64,000 bases of DNA from an uncultured delta proteobacterium. Its GTDB lineage: Bacteria > Myxococcota > Kuafuiibacteriia > Kuafuiibacteriales > Kuafuiibacteriaceae. The notes beneath the pieces were generated by a model. It was not told the origin of the DNA and made no database searches. It saw only the letters and a list, made by a program, of their open reading frames with translations. Where the stretch lies: positions 1,568,001-1,632,000 of the forward strand of contig CAWDML010000001.1 in assembly GCA_963803435.1 (NCBI GenBank). Reading direction: 5' to 3'. Shown in pieces: positions 62,519 through 64,000 of this stretch (position 1 is the first letter of the stretch; every line of letters begins with the position of its first letter). A program made the translations under genes and the position numbers.

Positions 62519-63325
62519 GTGACGAACGCTCTTCTCATTCTGCACCTCGCGCTCGCATTTCCGGCGGCGGACGCGCCCGAGGAGATCTTCAAGAGCGCGA
62601 TCGAGGACTTCGAGTTCGGCGAGCACGCCTCCGCCGCCCAGAAGCTCCGCTCGATCCTCGAGCCGATCCGCCTGTCGAACCCCGAGGACGTGATCGTCGC
62701 GCGCCAGTACCTCGGCGCCTGCTATCACCTGCTCGACGATCTGGAGGCGGCCAAGAAGGAGTTCTCGCTCCTGCTCGCGCTCGATCCCGAGCATCGCCTC
62801 GATCCGGAGGTGTTCTCGCCGGCGGTGGTGCAGTTCTACGAGAAGGTGCGGACCGAGGCCGGCCTGGGGATGCGGAAGAAGGAGGACCTGGAGCCGCCTC
62901 CGCCGGCGCCGCCTCCGCCTCCACCCCCGCCGGCGGTCGTGAAGACCGAGATGATCACCGGCCGCTATCCGGCGGCGCTGGGGCTGATCCCGTTCGGCGT
63001 GGGCCAGTTCTTCAACTACCACCCGATCCGCGGCTCGATCTTCGCCGTGCTCGAGGTCGGCCTCCTCGCCACCTGCGGCACCACCTTCGGGCTCTACGGG
63101 AGCCGACGCTCGGCGGCGCTGCGGGACGGCCACGCGATGGAGACGGCCGACGGCCTGATCTTCAACGCAGGCTTCGAGGACGAGGCCTCCAGCATCCGCC
63201 GCATGCAGACGATCGCCTACGTGACCCTGTGGACCGGCCTCGCTGCGGTCGTGACCGGCGTGATCGAGGCGCTGATCAGCTATCCCGGCGACGCCGTCAT
63301 CGTCGAGCAGCAGCCGCCCCTCTGA
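62519..63325 (+). CDS. TPR-containing envelope protein
   Basis: Signal-like N-terminus, YLGA....A..EF..LLALDP...LDP..F.P, Pro-rich linker, LIPFGVGQF.N hydrophobic C-terminus. Confidence 0.8.
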   Translation: MTNALLILHLALAFPAADAPEEIFKSAIEDFEFGEHASAAQKLRSILEPIRLSNPEDVIVARQYLGACYHLLDDLEAAKKEFSLLLALDPEHRLDPEVFSPAVVQFYEKVRTEAGLGMRKKEDLEPPPPAPPPPPPPPAVVKTEMITGRYPAALGLIPFGVGQFFNYHPIRGSIFAVLEVGLLATCGTTFGLYGSRRSAALRDGHAMETADGLIFNAGFEDEASSIRRMQTIAYVTLWTGLAAVVTGVIEALISYPGDAVIVEQQPPL

Positions 63326-64000
63326 TGGCCACTCTCATCCTCAAGCTCTCGCCCGAGCGGGTGGTGCAGCTCACCAAGAGCGTGACATCGATCGGCAGCG
63401 GTCTCACCAACGACGTGCGCATCAACGACGCCTCGATCCAGGAGCGGCACGCGCACGTGCTCCGCGATCGCAACGGCTTCCGCATCTTCGCCACCGACGG
63501 CGCGAAGATCGTGGTCAACGGCAAGCGCCGCAACGAGTGGTCGCTCTCCGAGGGGGACGAGATCGGCCTGGGGCACGTGATGATCGTGTACCGGACGCGG
63601 GATCTGCTCGACAACGAGGTCACCGATCCGGACGCCGTGAGGCCCGCACCCACGCCGCGGGTCCCCTCGAAGGTCGACCCGGACGCCTCGATCACCGAGT
63701 CGGTGCCCCTCGAGGCGTTCAAGAAGCTCTACCGCTTCAGCGCCAAGATCAACGAGGCCGAAACGCTCGACGACATCCGCCGCAACCTGGTGGACGCGGT
63801 GATCGAGCTGGCCCGGGCCGACACGGGCTTCCTCCTGATGATCAAGGAGGGGCGCGTCGAGGTGGACGTGGCGCGCGATCGCGTGGGCCGGGACCTGCCG
63901 TCCGAGGACATCAAACTCTCGGACTCGATCGTCGGCGACGTCATCCGCCGGCGGAAGCCGCTCCTGATCTCGGACGCGCTGGAGGACTCGATCTTCTCCG
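63325..64000 (+). CDS. FHA + GAF domain protein (partial; possibly a sigma54-dependent regulator)
   Basis: Manual translation MATLILK...TSIGSGLTNDVRI.D.SIQERHA...VVNG...LSEGDEI.LG, then GAF-like A.TGFLL...LSDSIV..V....PLLISDA; open to the window end. Confidence 0.8.
   Translation, partial: MATLILKLSPERVVQLTKSVTSIGSGLTNDVRINDASIQERHAHVLRDRNGFRIFATDGAKIVVNGKRRNEWSLSEGDEIGLGHVMIVYRTRDLLDNEVTDPDAVRPAPTPRVPSKVDPDASITESVPLEAFKKLYRFSAKINEAETLDDIRRNLVDAVIELARADTGFLLMIKEGRVEVDVARDRVGRDLPSEDIKLSDSIVGDVIRRRKPLLISDALEDSIFS

Overview
High-GC chromosomal window, most likely from a myxobacterium (Myxococcota). Evidence: an Agl-Glt/Nfs-type envelope machinery cluster, many Cys-rich lipoproteins, and Ser/Thr kinase-TPR-FHA genes. 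It contains a housekeeping operon (surE, LysM/M23, tRNA-Arg(CCT), ihfB-like, mnmA, rnc, cyclophilin, era, der), signalling genes (CheB-CheR-PAS fusion, double hybrid kinase, HDOD, histidine kinase, TPR-cNMP), secreted lytic and adhesin-like proteins, tRNA-Pro(GGG), and a contiguous gltB-A-C-D-E-F-G-H-like cluster. Two mobile elements stand out. (1) A 1,336-bp IS5-family element (35801-37136, TAA target duplication) carries a four-helix-bundle (23S-IVS/Avd-like) passenger gene. Its ends extend into 63-68-nt inverted arms built from 7-9-nt micro-repeats that can pair as RNA. (2) An IS110/IS1111-type element (14189-16066) has a 3' non-coding region folding into a 29-bp G.U-containing stem around two look-alike internal loops. 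One loop matches the insertion-site flank (CTTAG), the other the element's own end (ATATCAG), as expected of a bridge/seek-type guide RNA. About a dozen frameshifts in otherwise intact genes point to assembly indel errors rather than real decay.
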